This document shows, in pieces, positions 10,577-19,920 of a stretch of DNA of 64,000 nucleotides. Numbering within the stretch: position 1 is the stretch's first letter; the number at the start of each line of letters is the position of its first letter. The notes below the pieces were generated by a model, which was not told the origin of the DNA, searched no databases, and saw nothing but the letters and a program-made list of their open reading frames with translations. The translations under genes were made by a program, and so were the position numbers. This DNA is from an uncultured Actinomycetes bacterium (GTDB lineage: Bacteria > Actinomycetota > Thermoleophilia > Gaiellales > Gaiellaceae), in NCBI GenBank assembly GCA_963758605.1, contig CAVWWI010000007.1, positions 184,593 through 248,592 of the forward strand, given 5' to 3'.

Positions 10577-10880
10577 GACGATCTACGACCTGCGGGTGAC
10601 CGTCGAGCGGATCGAAGGTCGCTCTGTCTGCGGACTCGCGCCAGGGGACTACTTCGAGGTCACCGAGTCGAGCCGCGTGCGCATTCCTCCGGGACGCCAC
10701 TTCTGCCTCTACGCGCTGTCGGCGGTGATTCCACTGCTCCCCGCGAAGCAGCGCAAGCTTCCGGACGAGGACTGGCTCGAGCAGGAGACCTTCGTCGCGT
10801 GCCCGGACGCAGAGGAACGGTTGATCATGAGGATCGAGCGGATCGGACGGAGAACGATGCGCTCCGAGGACCTGACCTGA
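10575..10880 (+). CDS. Small Cys-containing protein resembling the TIGR04076 family
   Basis: ATG at 10575 within ORF 10566..10880: MTIYDLRVTVERIEGRSVCGLAPGDYFEV...GRHFCLYALSAVIPLLP. The family assignment is from memory of the family pattern and needs an HMM check. Confidence 0.55.
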   Translation: MTIYDLRVTVERIEGRSVCGLAPGDYFEVTESSRVRIPPGRHFCLYALSAVIPLLPAKQRKLPDEDWLEQETFVACPDAEERLIMRIERIGRRTMRSEDLT

Positions 10881-11872
10881 CGTCCGACGAAGCTCGGGAC
10901 GGGACGCGGGAGGTCTCGATCGCCTTCCAGTCCGACAAGCGACCCGACGAGTATCGGGAGCTAGCCCGACTTGCCGAGCGCTGCGGGTTCGACGTCCTCT
11001 CCGTCTACAACGATCTCTTCTTCCAGCCCGCGATCTATCCACTCCTGCTCATGGCGCAGGTGACCGAACGCGTCCGGCTCGGCCCGGCTGCGTTGAACCC
11101 CTTTACGCTCCACCCGGTCGAGATCGCAGGTCAGATCGCGGCTCTGGACGCAGTCTCGTCCGGCAGAGCCTATTTGGGTCTCGTGCAGGGCAGCTGGCTG
11201 GACGCGCTCGGGATCGATGTACGCCGCCCCCTCACGGCAGTCCGAGAAGCGGTGGAAGTGATCCGAAGGCTCTTGGCCGGCGACGACTCCGGCTTCGAAG
11301 GGGAGCAGTTCTCGCTCGTGCCCGGCGCACGACTCCGGTACGAGGTACTCCGAACCGAGGTGCCGTTGTTGATCGGGACGTGGGGCGTTCACCTCGCCGC
11401 CTACGCAGGCGAGGTGGCGGCGGAGCTGAAGATCGGCGGCACCGCGAACCCCGACCTCGTACCGCTGATGCGATCACGAATCGGAAACGACCGCGTCCGC
11501 ATCGTGGTCGGAGCGGTCACCGTCGTGGACGAGGACGCAGAAGCCGCACGGCAGCGGGCTCGCGAGGAAGCAGCGCTGTACTTTCCGGTCGTCGCGTGTC
11601 TCGACCCAACCCTCGACGTTCCGACCGGCCTGGTCGAGGACGTCCGGCGACTGGTCGATGCTCGGGAGCGCGCGGCGGCGGGGAGGCTGATTCCGGACGA
11701 GCTGCTCGAGAAGCTCGCGTTTGCAGGCACTGCCGAAGATGTCGCCCGACAGGCGGCAGCGCTCTACGAGGCGGGAGCCGCCCGCGTCGAGTTCGGAACG
11801 CCACACGGACTCACGCCGCGGCGCGGAGTGGAGCTTCTCGGCGAGCGCGTCCTGCCCGGGCTCCGCTCGTAG
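10877..11872 (+). CDS. Luciferase-like monooxygenase (LLM) class, probably F420-dependent oxidoreductase
   Basis: In frame with ORF 10148..11872. The conserved body starts at VSIAFQSDKRPDEYRELARLAERCGFDVLSVYNDLFFQP... and ends ...FAGTAEDVARQAAALYEAGAARVEFG. No ATG/GTG/TTG is available near the start. The only candidate is CTG at 10877, overlapping the upstream stop (CTGA). Confidence 0.7.
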   Translation: MTSDEARDGTREVSIAFQSDKRPDEYRELARLAERCGFDVLSVYNDLFFQPAIYPLLLMAQVTERVRLGPAALNPFTLHPVEIAGQIAALDAVSSGRAYLGLVQGSWLDALGIDVRRPLTAVREAVEVIRRLLAGDDSGFEGEQFSLVPGARLRYEVLRTEVPLLIGTWGVHLAAYAGEVAAELKIGGTANPDLVPLMRSRIGNDRVRIVVGAVTVVDEDAEAARQRAREEAALYFPVVACLDPTLDVPTGLVEDVRRLVDARERAAAGRLIPDELLEKLAFAGTAEDVARQAAALYEAGAARVEFGTPHGLTPRRGVELLGERVLPGLRS

Positions 11873-11877
11873 GTTCG

Positions 11878-13083
11878 CTAGACGACGGCGGACTCGTACG
11901 CCAGGTTTCCGGTATCGAATCGATCGGGCCGCAGATGGGCGAGGGTCTCGCCCGGCGGCTCGCCGATCACCATCGCCGCAACGTTACGTCCGATCTCCGG
12001 AGCCATCATGAAGCCGTGTCCGCTGAAGCCGGCCGCGACGTAGAGGCCCTCGTGGCCTGACAGCGGGCCAACGATCGCCTGGCGATCGGGCGTCACGTCG
12101 TAGACGCCGCGCACGGCCAACGGTAGGCCCATGTATTCGAACCGCGGAAACAGCTCGACTGCCATTCGCTTGACGCGGCGTCGCACGGTCTCGCCATCGG
12201 CGTCGTCGGTGTCGATTGCGCGGAGTTCGCTGGCAAGCACGCGCCCGTCGGCGAGCTGCTTTGCCGCGAAGCGGCGATCGACGGCGACTACCAAGGGATC
12301 GAGGAGCCGTTCGCGGATCGGGTCGCTGAAGAAGAGGCACCTGCTCTCCGCGACGATCGGCAGGTCGACACCGAGCGGGTGGAGGAGCGACGGCGTGTCG
12401 ACCGCGGCCGCGACGATGACCTGGCCGACTTCGGTCTGCGCACCATCGGCGAACCTCAGTCGCCAACCTGTAGGGGCAGGCTCGACGCTTCTGACGTCTC
12501 CTTGCAGGATCACGACGCTCAGGCGGCGTGCGGCCTCCGCAAACGCCTCGACGACGGACTGCGGCCGGTCGAAGTACCCGTCCTCCGCACAGACGCTCGC
12601 ACCGACGACTGCCGCGACCTCGAGTTCCGGAACGAGCTCGCCCAGCTCTTCGGCGGTGGCGACGCGCGAACGCACCCCCAGGGCGTTCTGCGTCGCGACG
12701 TCGTTGCGAAGCCGGTCCAAGGTCTCCGGCTCGTGAGCGACGAAGACGTACCCGCAGGAACGGAATCCCGGATCCAGGCGCGGGCTCAATCGTTCGTCGA
12801 GCTGCGAGTAGAACGCGAGGGAATCGCGCGCCATCAGGCAGTTGAGCCGAGTGCTCCACTGCTGGCGCACGCCCCCTGGCTGCACTCCGGAGGCTCCGGC
12901 GCCGATCCCGTCTCGTTCGTAGACCACGATCCTCCCGGCGTTGCGTTCGGCGAGATGGAACGCAATGGAGAGGCCTGTGATGCCAGCGCCGACGATTGCG
13001 ATATCGCTTGTCAACGAAGAGGGCGTGTGGGCATTCCGACGAGACTCGTGGAGTTGCGCACGATACGCACGGAATGACCTCAT
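11878..13083 (-). CDS. FAD-dependent oxidoreductase, DAO family (sarcosine oxidase beta / D-amino-acid oxidase-like)
   Basis: ORF 11878..13083. Rossmann motif DIAIVGAGITGLSIAFHLAE and a C-terminal GFSGHGFMMAPEIG motif. Confidence 0.85.
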   Translation of the reverse strand: MRSFRAYRAQLHESRRNAHTPSSLTSDIAIVGAGITGLSIAFHLAERNAGRIVVYERDGIGAGASGVQPGGVRQQWSTRLNCLMARDSLAFYSQLDERLSPRLDPGFRSCGYVFVAHEPETLDRLRNDVATQNALGVRSRVATAEELGELVPELEVAAVVGASVCAEDGYFDRPQSVVEAFAEAARRLSVVILQGDVRSVEPAPTGWRLRFADGAQTEVGQVIVAAAVDTPSLLHPLGVDLPIVAESRCLFFSDPIRERLLDPLVVAVDRRFAAKQLADGRVLASELRAIDTDDADGETVRRRVKRMAVELFPRFEYMGLPLAVRGVYDVTPDRQAIVGPLSGHEGLYVAAGFSGHGFMMAPEIGRNVAAMVIGEPPGETLAHLRPDRFDTGNLAYESAVV

Positions 13084-13249
13084 GCCCGTCGTTCGACCGC
13101 TCGGCGCAAGGCCGGGCGAGCGCGGCCGCGACCGTGACGGCGGTTACCAACACGTCCTCCGGAGCACGGCGACCCCGGGGGTGGCCCGATCCACCGTGCG
13201 CGGGAGACGCTGACTTCGGCTGAGTCAGGGTCGCGATAGCCTCAACGGC

Positions 13250-14161
13250 GTGACGGAGCGCGTCGTTCGCACGGTGAGGGGCGACATCGCGCCCGGGCAG
13301 CTCGGCGCGTGCGACGCCCACGAGCACCTCTTCCTCGTCACGCCGCTCCAGCCCGGCGACGAGTTCGCGGATGTCGAGAAGGCCACCGAGGAGGCCGCGT
13401 CGCTGCGCGCTGCCGGTGCGCAGGCGCTCGTCGACTGGACGCCGATCGGCCTCGGGCGGGACCTACCCGGGCTCAGAGCGGTTTCGGAGGCGACCGGGCT
13501 CAACGTTGTGGCCGCGACCGGGCTCCATCGCGAAGCTCATTACGCGGCCGATGACTCGGTCCGCCGCGAGGGTGCGGAGACGCGGGCAGCGAGCTTCACC
13601 GCTGACATCGTCGGGGCCGAGATTCGCTGCGGACTCGTCAAGCTCGGCGCGAGCTACCACGCGCTCACACCCTTCGAGCGGACGACGATCGAGGCAGCTG
13701 CCGAGGCGCACGACCGAACAGGAGCGCCGATCGGCGTCCACACGGAGCACGGGACGATGGGGCTCGCCCTCGTCGAGCTCCTCGGCTCGCTCGGGGTCCC
13801 TGCGGAGGCCGTCATCCTCGCCCACCTCGACCGAAACCCGGATGTCGGCGAGCATGCCGAGACAGCGGCGGCGGGCGCGTGGCTGCAGCTGGACGGGCCG
13901 GGGCGGACGAAGTACTGGCCCGACTCGACGATCCTCGCATTGATCGAAGGCCTCGCAACGCGGGGTCATGGCGACCGTCTGCTCCTCGGAGGGGACACTG
14001 GGCGACGTTCGATGATGCGTTCCTACGGAGGCGGTCCAGGGCTGGACTACGTCTTCCGCGGCTTCAAACCACGCCTCGAGCGCGAGCTCGGACAGGAGCT
14101 CTCGGAGCGGATCTTCGTCGCGAACCCGGCCCGCGCCTTCTCCTTCGAGCCACGGGCCTGA
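13250..14161 (+). CDS. Phosphotriesterase-family (PTE/Php-like) amidohydrolase-fold hydrolase
   Basis: ORF 13250..14161, GTG start. N-terminal metal motif GACDAHEHLF, later HTEHG and AHLD motifs. Confidence 0.75.
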   Translation: MTERVVRTVRGDIAPGQLGACDAHEHLFLVTPLQPGDEFADVEKATEEAASLRAAGAQALVDWTPIGLGRDLPGLRAVSEATGLNVVAATGLHREAHYAADDSVRREGAETRAASFTADIVGAEIRCGLVKLGASYHALTPFERTTIEAAAEAHDRTGAPIGVHTEHGTMGLALVELLGSLGVPAEAVILAHLDRNPDVGEHAETAAAGAWLQLDGPGRTKYWPDSTILALIEGLATRGHGDRLLLGGDTGRRSMMRSYGGGPGLDYVFRGFKPRLERELGQELSERIFVANPARAFSFEPRA

Positions 14162-14164
14162 GCC

Positions 14165-15193
14165 TCACAGGCCGGCCCGCACCCGGCGGGCACCCTCGAC
14201 CATGGACTCGAGCTTGGCTCGCGCTGCCCAGCGAGCGGTCTGCGACAGACCGCAGTCCGGCGCGACCGCGAGCCTCTCCGCCGGGACGTGCTCGAGACAC
14301 GCACGGATGCGCTCCTCGACGTCCTCGGGCGTCTCGAGATACGTGCTCTTCACGTCGATGACACCCACCGCCACGTCCTTCTCCGCTCCGATGGCGGCGA
14401 TCAGCTCGAGCTCGGAGAACTCACGGCTGGCCATCTCCAGATGGAGCTCGTCGACGGCGAGCCCGAGAAACGCCGGGAACATCGGCGCGTAGCGCCGCTT
14501 CGACGCCGCGCGTCCCTTGTAGTTGCCGAAGCACAGGTGGGTGCCGAGGTAGCAACGGCCGACGATGGGCTCGACCGTGCGGTTGAACAGATCGACGAGC
14601 CTGGCGGTGTCCTCCCGGTACGCGTAGCAGCTCATCGAGGGCTCGTCGACGGTGACGACCGAGCAGCCGGCAGCCACCAGGCGAACGAGCTCCGCCTGGA
14701 CCGGGCCGACGAGTGCCTCGGCCACCGCCCACCGATCGGGGTATGCGCCCGACGGGACGATGCGACCCGCGAGTGTGTACGGGCCTGGGACCGCAGCCTT
14801 CAGCACGGGGCCTGCGGGTGCGAGCTCACGGAGCCGCTCGAAGTCCTCGACGACACCGAGGCCGCGCGGGGCACCGAGCTCGCCGACGATGCCGTGACGC
14901 CCACGCTGGTCGTGGGCGGGCGGACCGAATCGCCGCCGTGGTCGCTCCTCGAGCTCGAGCCCCTCGAGGTGCGCGTAGAACGACAGGTTGAAGTCGAACC
15001 TGGCCTGCTCGCCGTCGGTGATCACGTCGAGCCCGGCACGCACCTGATCCGAGACGGCCGCGGTCACCGCATCTCGCACCGCCTCGTCGAGATCGTCGGG
15101 GCCGAGTTCGCCGGGATGTAGCCCGCAGAGCTCGAGCCAGCCCGGAAAGGGATAGCTCCCGATGACGGTCGTCCGGATCGGCTCGTGCGGCAC
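14165..15193 (-). CDS. Cobalamin-independent methionine-synthase-like (MetE C-terminal domain family) Zn methyltransferase
   Basis: ORF 14165..15193, GTG start. N-terminus TTVIGSYPFPGWLE; Zn-ligand contexts THLCFGN and APDCGL. Confidence 0.8.
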   Translation of the reverse strand: MPHEPIRTTVIGSYPFPGWLELCGLHPGELGPDDLDEAVRDAVTAAVSDQVRAGLDVITDGEQARFDFNLSFYAHLEGLELEERPRRRFGPPAHDQRGRHGIVGELGAPRGLGVVEDFERLRELAPAGPVLKAAVPGPYTLAGRIVPSGAYPDRWAVAEALVGPVQAELVRLVAAGCSVVTVDEPSMSCYAYREDTARLVDLFNRTVEPIVGRCYLGTHLCFGNYKGRAASKRRYAPMFPAFLGLAVDELHLEMASREFSELELIAAIGAEKDVAVGVIDVKSTYLETPEDVEERIRACLEHVPAERLAVAPDCGLSQTARWAARAKLESMVEGARRVRAGL

Positions 15194-15261
15194 GCTCGCG
15201 ATTCTCTCAGGAGCCCCCTGGGCGCGGGTTGCATCGGCCCGGGCGACGCGTTAGCGTCGAT

Positions 15262-15281
15262 ATGTCTAGACAGCTAGACAT
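15262..15281. promoter_or_regulatory. Palindromic operator candidate ATGTCTAG-ACAG-CTAGACAT containing the GTCTAGAC core (HutC/GntR, DasR-dre-like)
   Basis: Perfect 8-bp inverted repeat with a 4-bp spacer in the 97-bp divergent intergenic region between the MetE-like gene (start 15193) and the SDR gene (start 15291). The same core recurs at 26448-26468. Confidence 0.5.
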
Positions 15282-15290
15282 CTCGCTCGA

Positions 15291-16073
15291 GTGGCGACCT
15301 CCTCCTTCGACCTGACCGGCAACCGCGCCGTCGTGACCGGCGCCTCGAGCGGAATCGGCCGCGCGATCGCCGAGGCGTTCGCCCGGGCTGGAGCGGATGT
15401 CGCGGGAATGTCGCTCGAGGAGGGAGGTGAGGTCGAGGCGGCCATCAGGGAGGCCGGCCGGAACGCCGTGATGCTCGTCGGCGACACGGGGGATCCACAG
15501 GCGGTCGACGACCTGGCGAGCGCCGCGGTCGAGCGGTTCGGAGGAATCGACATCTGGGTGAACAACGCGGCCCGCTTGCTCGTCAAGCCCCTTTTCGAAA
15601 CCTCGGACGAGGACTGGCACGGCCTCCTCGGAGCGAACCTGCACGGGTACTTCTACGGCTGCCGGAGCGCCTCGCGCCACATGGTCGAGAGCGGAAGAGG
15701 TGGCCGCATCCTCAACGTGACCTCGATCTCGGGAATCGTCGGAGTCGGAGGAATCGGTGCGTACACCGCCGCCAAGGGCGCGGTGATGGCGCTGACGAAG
15801 GCACTCGCCGTCGAGCTCGGCCCGGCGGGGATCACCGTGAATGCGCTCGCCCCGGGAGCGGTCGACACGCCGCTCAACACCGAGGCGTACACGCCCGAGG
15901 TGCGGCGTGCGTACCGGGAGCGCATCCCGCTCGGGCGCATCGGAAGCGCGGAGGAGATCGCCGACGCGGCCCTCTTCCTCGCCTCGGATGCCGCCCGCTA
16001 CGTCACCGGGCACCAACTCGTCGTGGACGGCGGGCTGGTCGTGAACGGAACCGTTGGCCATGGCCGCGGCTAG
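15291..16073 (+). CDS. Short-chain dehydrogenase/reductase (SDR)
   Basis: ORF 15291..16073, GTG start. TGASSGIGRAIA cofactor motif and YTAAK catalytic motif. Confidence 0.9.
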   Translation: MATSSFDLTGNRAVVTGASSGIGRAIAEAFARAGADVAGMSLEEGGEVEAAIREAGRNAVMLVGDTGDPQAVDDLASAAVERFGGIDIWVNNAARLLVKPLFETSDEDWHGLLGANLHGYFYGCRSASRHMVESGRGGRILNVTSISGIVGVGGIGAYTAAKGAVMALTKALAVELGPAGITVNALAPGAVDTPLNTEAYTPEVRRAYRERIPLGRIGSAEEIADAALFLASDAARYVTGHQLVVDGGLVVNGTVGHGRG

Positions 16074-16884
16074 GGTCCTCGTCGAAGGCCTCGACCATCC
16101 GGAGGGCGTCGCGTGGGATTCTCGGCGCGAGGTCGTCTGGGCGGGAGGCGAGGAAGGGCAGCTGTACCGCATCGACCCGGAGAGCCGGACCTTCGAGGAG
16201 GTCGCCCGCGCGGCGGGACTCGTCCTCGGGCTCGCCGTCGACGGCGTCGGCAGGATCGTCCTCTGCTGCGCCGAGGACCGATCGGTGCAAGCCTGGGACG
16301 GCTCGTCGTTCCGACGGGTGCTCGCTGACGGTCTCGCGTTCCCGAACTTTCCCGCGTTCGCGCCGGACGGGACGCTCTTCGTGTCGGACTCGGGACGATG
16401 GAGAGCGAACGACGGCAGGCTCTGGCGGATCGACCCGGACGGGGCCGCCGAGGTCTTCTCGGATGCGGCCCCCCACTTCACGAACGGCTGCGCCGTCTCC
16501 TCGGACGGCCACCTCTGGACGGTCGAGTCGTACGTCCCGAACGTCTCGCGCTTCGACCTCTCGAGCGGCGCGCACGAGCTGGTGACACGCATCGACGGAA
16601 CCGTTCTCGACGGGCTCGCGTTCACCGACGACGACGGGCTCCTCGTCAGTTGTTACCGGCCGGACCGCATCTACCACCTCGACGCCGACGGCTCTCTGGA
16701 CGTGGTCGCGGAGGATCCGCAGGGAACGCTGCTCGCCGCACCCACCAACGTGTGCTTCGTCGGCTCGCAGCTCGACCGTGTGGTGGCGGCGAACTACAAC
16801 CGCCGGCACCTGACGATCCTCGACCTCGACCTGACCGGTGCGCCGTTGCAGGCGCCGGAGCGATGGGCGGTCGACGCGCTGTGA
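16060..16884 (+). CDS. SMP-30/gluconolactonase/LRE-like beta-propeller protein (putative lactonase)
   Basis: ATG at 16060 within ORF 16054..16884. Motifs HPEGVAWD, FPNFPAFAPDGTLFVSDSG, NGCAVSSDG, DGLAFTDDDGLLV. Confidence 0.8.
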   Translation: MAAARVLVEGLDHPEGVAWDSRREVVWAGGEEGQLYRIDPESRTFEEVARAAGLVLGLAVDGVGRIVLCCAEDRSVQAWDGSSFRRVLADGLAFPNFPAFAPDGTLFVSDSGRWRANDGRLWRIDPDGAAEVFSDAAPHFTNGCAVSSDGHLWTVESYVPNVSRFDLSSGAHELVTRIDGTVLDGLAFTDDDGLLVSCYRPDRIYHLDADGSLDVVAEDPQGTLLAAPTNVCFVGSQLDRVVAANYNRRHLTILDLDLTGAPLQAPERWAVDAL

Positions 16885-18029
16885 GCCGCGATCTGAAGGC
16901 GGGTGTCGTGGGGACCGGGTTCATCGGCGCGGTCCACGTCGACGCACTGCTCCGGCTGGGCGTCGAGGTGACGGGTGTCGTGGGCTCGACACCTGAGCGT
17001 GCCGCCGCCAAGGAGATCGCACCCGTCTACGAGTCGTACGAGGCGCTGCTCGCAGACGAGCGCGTCGACGTCGTCCACCTGACGACGCCGAACCACCTCC
17101 ACCACCCTCAGGTCAAGCAGGCTCTGGCTGCCGGCAAGCACGTCGTCTGCGAGAAGCCGCTCGCGACGACCTCTGCGGAGTCGGCCGAGCTTCTCGAGCT
17201 GGCGGAGGCGAGCGGACTCGTCCACTGCACCAACTTCAACATCCGCTTCTACCCGATGAATCAAGAGGCTCGGGAGCGGGTGCACGCCGGCGAGCTGGGA
17301 GACGTCTGGAACGTCCACGGCGGCTATCTCCAGGACTGGCTCGCGACGCCGACCGACTGGAACTGGCGACTCGAGCCGGAGAAGGCCGGCGCGCTACGCG
17401 CGGTCGGCGACATCGGGTCGCACTGGATGGATCTGACGCAATGGCTGACCGGACAGCGGATCGTGGAGGTCTTCGCCGACCTTGCGACCGCGATTCCGGT
17501 ACGGCAGCGACCGACGGGAGAGGTCGAGACTTTCGCAAGCGCGGCCGACGTCGAGCGCGAGGACGCTCCGATGACGACCGAGGACATCGCAAACGTCCTC
17601 CTGCGCTACGAGGGCGGAGCGCGTGGCTCGCTCGTCGTCTCGCAGGTGTCGACCGGCCGCAAGAACTCGCTCCGGTACGAGGTCGACGGGTCCGCCGGCG
17701 CCCTGGCCTGGGACGGGGAGCGCCACGAGGAGCTCTGGGTCGGGCGCCGCGACGCTCCGAACGAGGTCCTCCTCCGCAACCCGGGGCTCATGCATCCGGG
17801 TGCCGCGCAGAGGACACAGCTCCCGGTCGGGCATGCCGAGGGGTTCGCGGCAACGTTTCGCGAGCTCTATCGCGCCGTCTACGCGGACGTCGCCCGCGGA
17901 GGCCCGTCCGCCGCTCCCGACTACCCGACCTTCCGCGACGGCCACGTCGAGAACATGCTCTGCGACGCCGTCGTACTCTCCGACCGCGAACGCCACTGGG
18001 TAGAAGTGGCGGTGGAGGTGACACCGTGA
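16863..18029 (+). CDS. Gfo/Idh/MocA-family NAD(P)-dependent oxidoreductase
   Basis: In frame with ORF 16398..18029. KAGVVGTGFIGAVHVDAL, HVVCEKPLA. The start is ATG 16863 or GTG 16881 (GTGA overlap). Confidence 0.85.
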   Translation: MGGRRAVSRDLKAGVVGTGFIGAVHVDALLRLGVEVTGVVGSTPERAAAKEIAPVYESYEALLADERVDVVHLTTPNHLHHPQVKQALAAGKHVVCEKPLATTSAESAELLELAEASGLVHCTNFNIRFYPMNQEARERVHAGELGDVWNVHGGYLQDWLATPTDWNWRLEPEKAGALRAVGDIGSHWMDLTQWLTGQRIVEVFADLATAIPVRQRPTGEVETFASAADVEREDAPMTTEDIANVLLRYEGGARGSLVVSQVSTGRKNSLRYEVDGSAGALAWDGERHEELWVGRRDAPNEVLLRNPGLMHPGAAQRTQLPVGHAEGFAATFRELYRAVYADVARGGPSAAPDYPTFRDGHVENMLCDAVVLSDRERHWVEVAVEVTP

Positions 18030-18934
18030 AGCTGGGCTTGCTGACCGCCGCGTTCCCCGACCTCACGCTCGACGAGGTCGCCGACTGGGCCTCTGCGCAG
18101 GGTTTCGAGACGCTCGAGGTCGCCTGCTGGCCGTCGTCCGGCGGCGAGAAGCGACGCTACGCGGGCGTCTGCCACATCGACGTCGAGAACTTCGAGGCCG
18201 AGGCGGTCCACGCGACCTTCGAGCGCACCGGCCTCGAGATCTCGGCGCTCGCGTACTACCCGAACAACCTCGACCCCGAACCCGCCGGGCGCGAGGCGGC
18301 CAACATTCACCTGCGCAAGGTCGTGGATGCCGCACAGGCACTGGGCGTCGGAATCGTCGGCACGTTCGTCGGCCGCGACAAGAGCCGAAGCATCTCCGAG
18401 AACCTCGACGACTTCCGGAAGGTGTGGCCTCCGCTCGTCGAGCACGCGGGCGGGCGCGGCGTGACGATCGCGATCGAGAACTGCCCGATGATCTTCAGCG
18501 AGGACGAGTGGCCGGGCGGGAACAACCTCGCCTACTCCCCCGCGATCTGGGACGAGCTGTTCTCGATCGTCCCCTCGGAGGCGTTCGGGCTGAACCTCGA
18601 CCCGTCGCACCTCGTCTGGCTGCAGATCGACTACGAGCGGGTCGTCCGGGACTACGCCGCGCGGATCGTCCACGTGCACGCGAAGGATCTCGAGATCGAT
18701 CGCGACGGGCTGTATCGCCACGGAACGCTCTCGGCGGGGATCGGCTGGCAGGTGCCGCGTCTCCCGGGGCTGGGCGAGGTGCGCTGGGATCGCTTCATCG
18801 CAGCGCTGTACGCAGCGGGATACGACCATGTCGTCTCGATCGAGCACGAGGACCGGAAGTTCGAGGGGACGGAGGAACTCGTCAAGCGCGGCTTCCTGCT
18901 CGCCCGCGACGTCTTACGGCCGTACATTCACTAG
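18026..18934 (+). CDS. Sugar-phosphate isomerase/epimerase (xylose-isomerase-like TIM barrel)
   Basis: GTG at 18026 (GTGA overlap), in frame with ORF 17441..18934. IAIENCP, LNLDPSHLVWL, HVHAKD, SIEHED motifs. Confidence 0.85.
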   Translation: MKLGLLTAAFPDLTLDEVADWASAQGFETLEVACWPSSGGEKRRYAGVCHIDVENFEAEAVHATFERTGLEISALAYYPNNLDPEPAGREAANIHLRKVVDAAQALGVGIVGTFVGRDKSRSISENLDDFRKVWPPLVEHAGGRGVTIAIENCPMIFSEDEWPGGNNLAYSPAIWDELFSIVPSEAFGLNLDPSHLVWLQIDYERVVRDYAARIVHVHAKDLEIDRDGLYRHGTLSAGIGWQVPRLPGLGEVRWDRFIAALYAAGYDHVVSIEHEDRKFEGTEELVKRGFLLARDVLRPYIH

Positions 18935-19920
18935 CGCGGGTCGAGCACGAACTTGATCCCGGTGCCGGCGCGCGCCGCCGCGAACGCTCGCTCCCACTCC
19001 TCGAGCGGAAGGACTTCCGAGAGAAGCGGCTCGAGTGCGACCTTCCGCTCCGCGATCAGCTCGAGCGCGCGCCTCCACGAGGCCGGAGTGCTCGCAAAGC
19101 CGGACGTCACCGTCAGCTCCTTGAAGCAGACGAGGTCGAGCGGAATCGTGACGGGCTTGCCGGCGAGCCCGATCTGGACATAGCGACCTCCACGCCGGGC
19201 TCCCTCGAGGCCGAGGGCGATACCCGAAGCGGCGCCCGAGCAGTCGACGACGACGTCGGCCGTGGGGCACTCGCCCTCGAAGGTCGTCGCGAACATGAGC
19301 TCCTCCGCCTTCGCCAGGCGCACGGTGTCGCGCGGCGTCCCGCGCACGTGGACCCGTCCTCCCGCCGAGCGCGCGACCTGGGCCGCGAGGAGCCCGACCG
19401 GGCCCGGGCCGACGACGAGCACGTCGTCATCCTCGGCGATCGCCGATCGGTCGAGCAGAGAATGGCACACGCACGCGAGTGGCTCGGCGAGGGCGGCGGC
19501 ATGGCCGTCGAGCCAGTCCGGAATCCGATGAAGGCCCGCCGCGGGCACGTGCAGCCACGGCGCGAACGCCCCGTCCACGTGCGTTCCGATCGAGCGCCGG
19601 TCGAGGCAGAGGTTGGGCCTCCCGGCGAGGCAGAACTCGCAGGCTCCGCAGGTCGAGAAGTACGTCTCGCTGACGACCGCGGCGCCGAGCCACTGGTCGT
19701 CGACTCCGTTCCCGAGCGCAGCGACGACGCCCGAGACCTCGTGGCCGATCGTCACCGGCGTCGCCGTGGCGTACTCGCCGTCGGCGATGTGGAGATCGGT
19801 ACCGCAGATTCCGGCTCCGACGACGGCGAGGAGCACGTGGCCGGAAGCGGGTTCCGGGTCGGGTCTCTCGACGAGGGCCAGGTTCCCGGGCCCCGGGACG
19901 AGCTTGGTCAGGCCGCGCAC
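18931..19920 (-). CDS. Zn-dependent alcohol/polyol dehydrogenase (MDR family)
   Basis: ORF 18931..19920, GTG start. GICGTDLH, GHEVSGVV, structural-Zn Cys cluster CGACEFCLAGRPNLC, VVGPGPVGLL. Confidence 0.9.
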   Translation of the reverse strand: MRGLTKLVPGPGNLALVERPDPEPASGHVLLAVVGAGICGTDLHIADGEYATATPVTIGHEVSGVVAALGNGVDDQWLGAAVVSETYFSTCGACEFCLAGRPNLCLDRRSIGTHVDGAFAPWLHVPAAGLHRIPDWLDGHAAALAEPLACVCHSLLDRSAIAEDDDVLVVGPGPVGLLAAQVARSAGGRVHVRGTPRDTVRLAKAEELMFATTFEGECPTADVVVDCSGAASGIALGLEGARRGGRYVQIGLAGKPVTIPLDLVCFKELTVTSGFASTPASWRRALELIAERKVALEPLLSEVLPLEEWERAFAAARAGTGIKFVLDPR

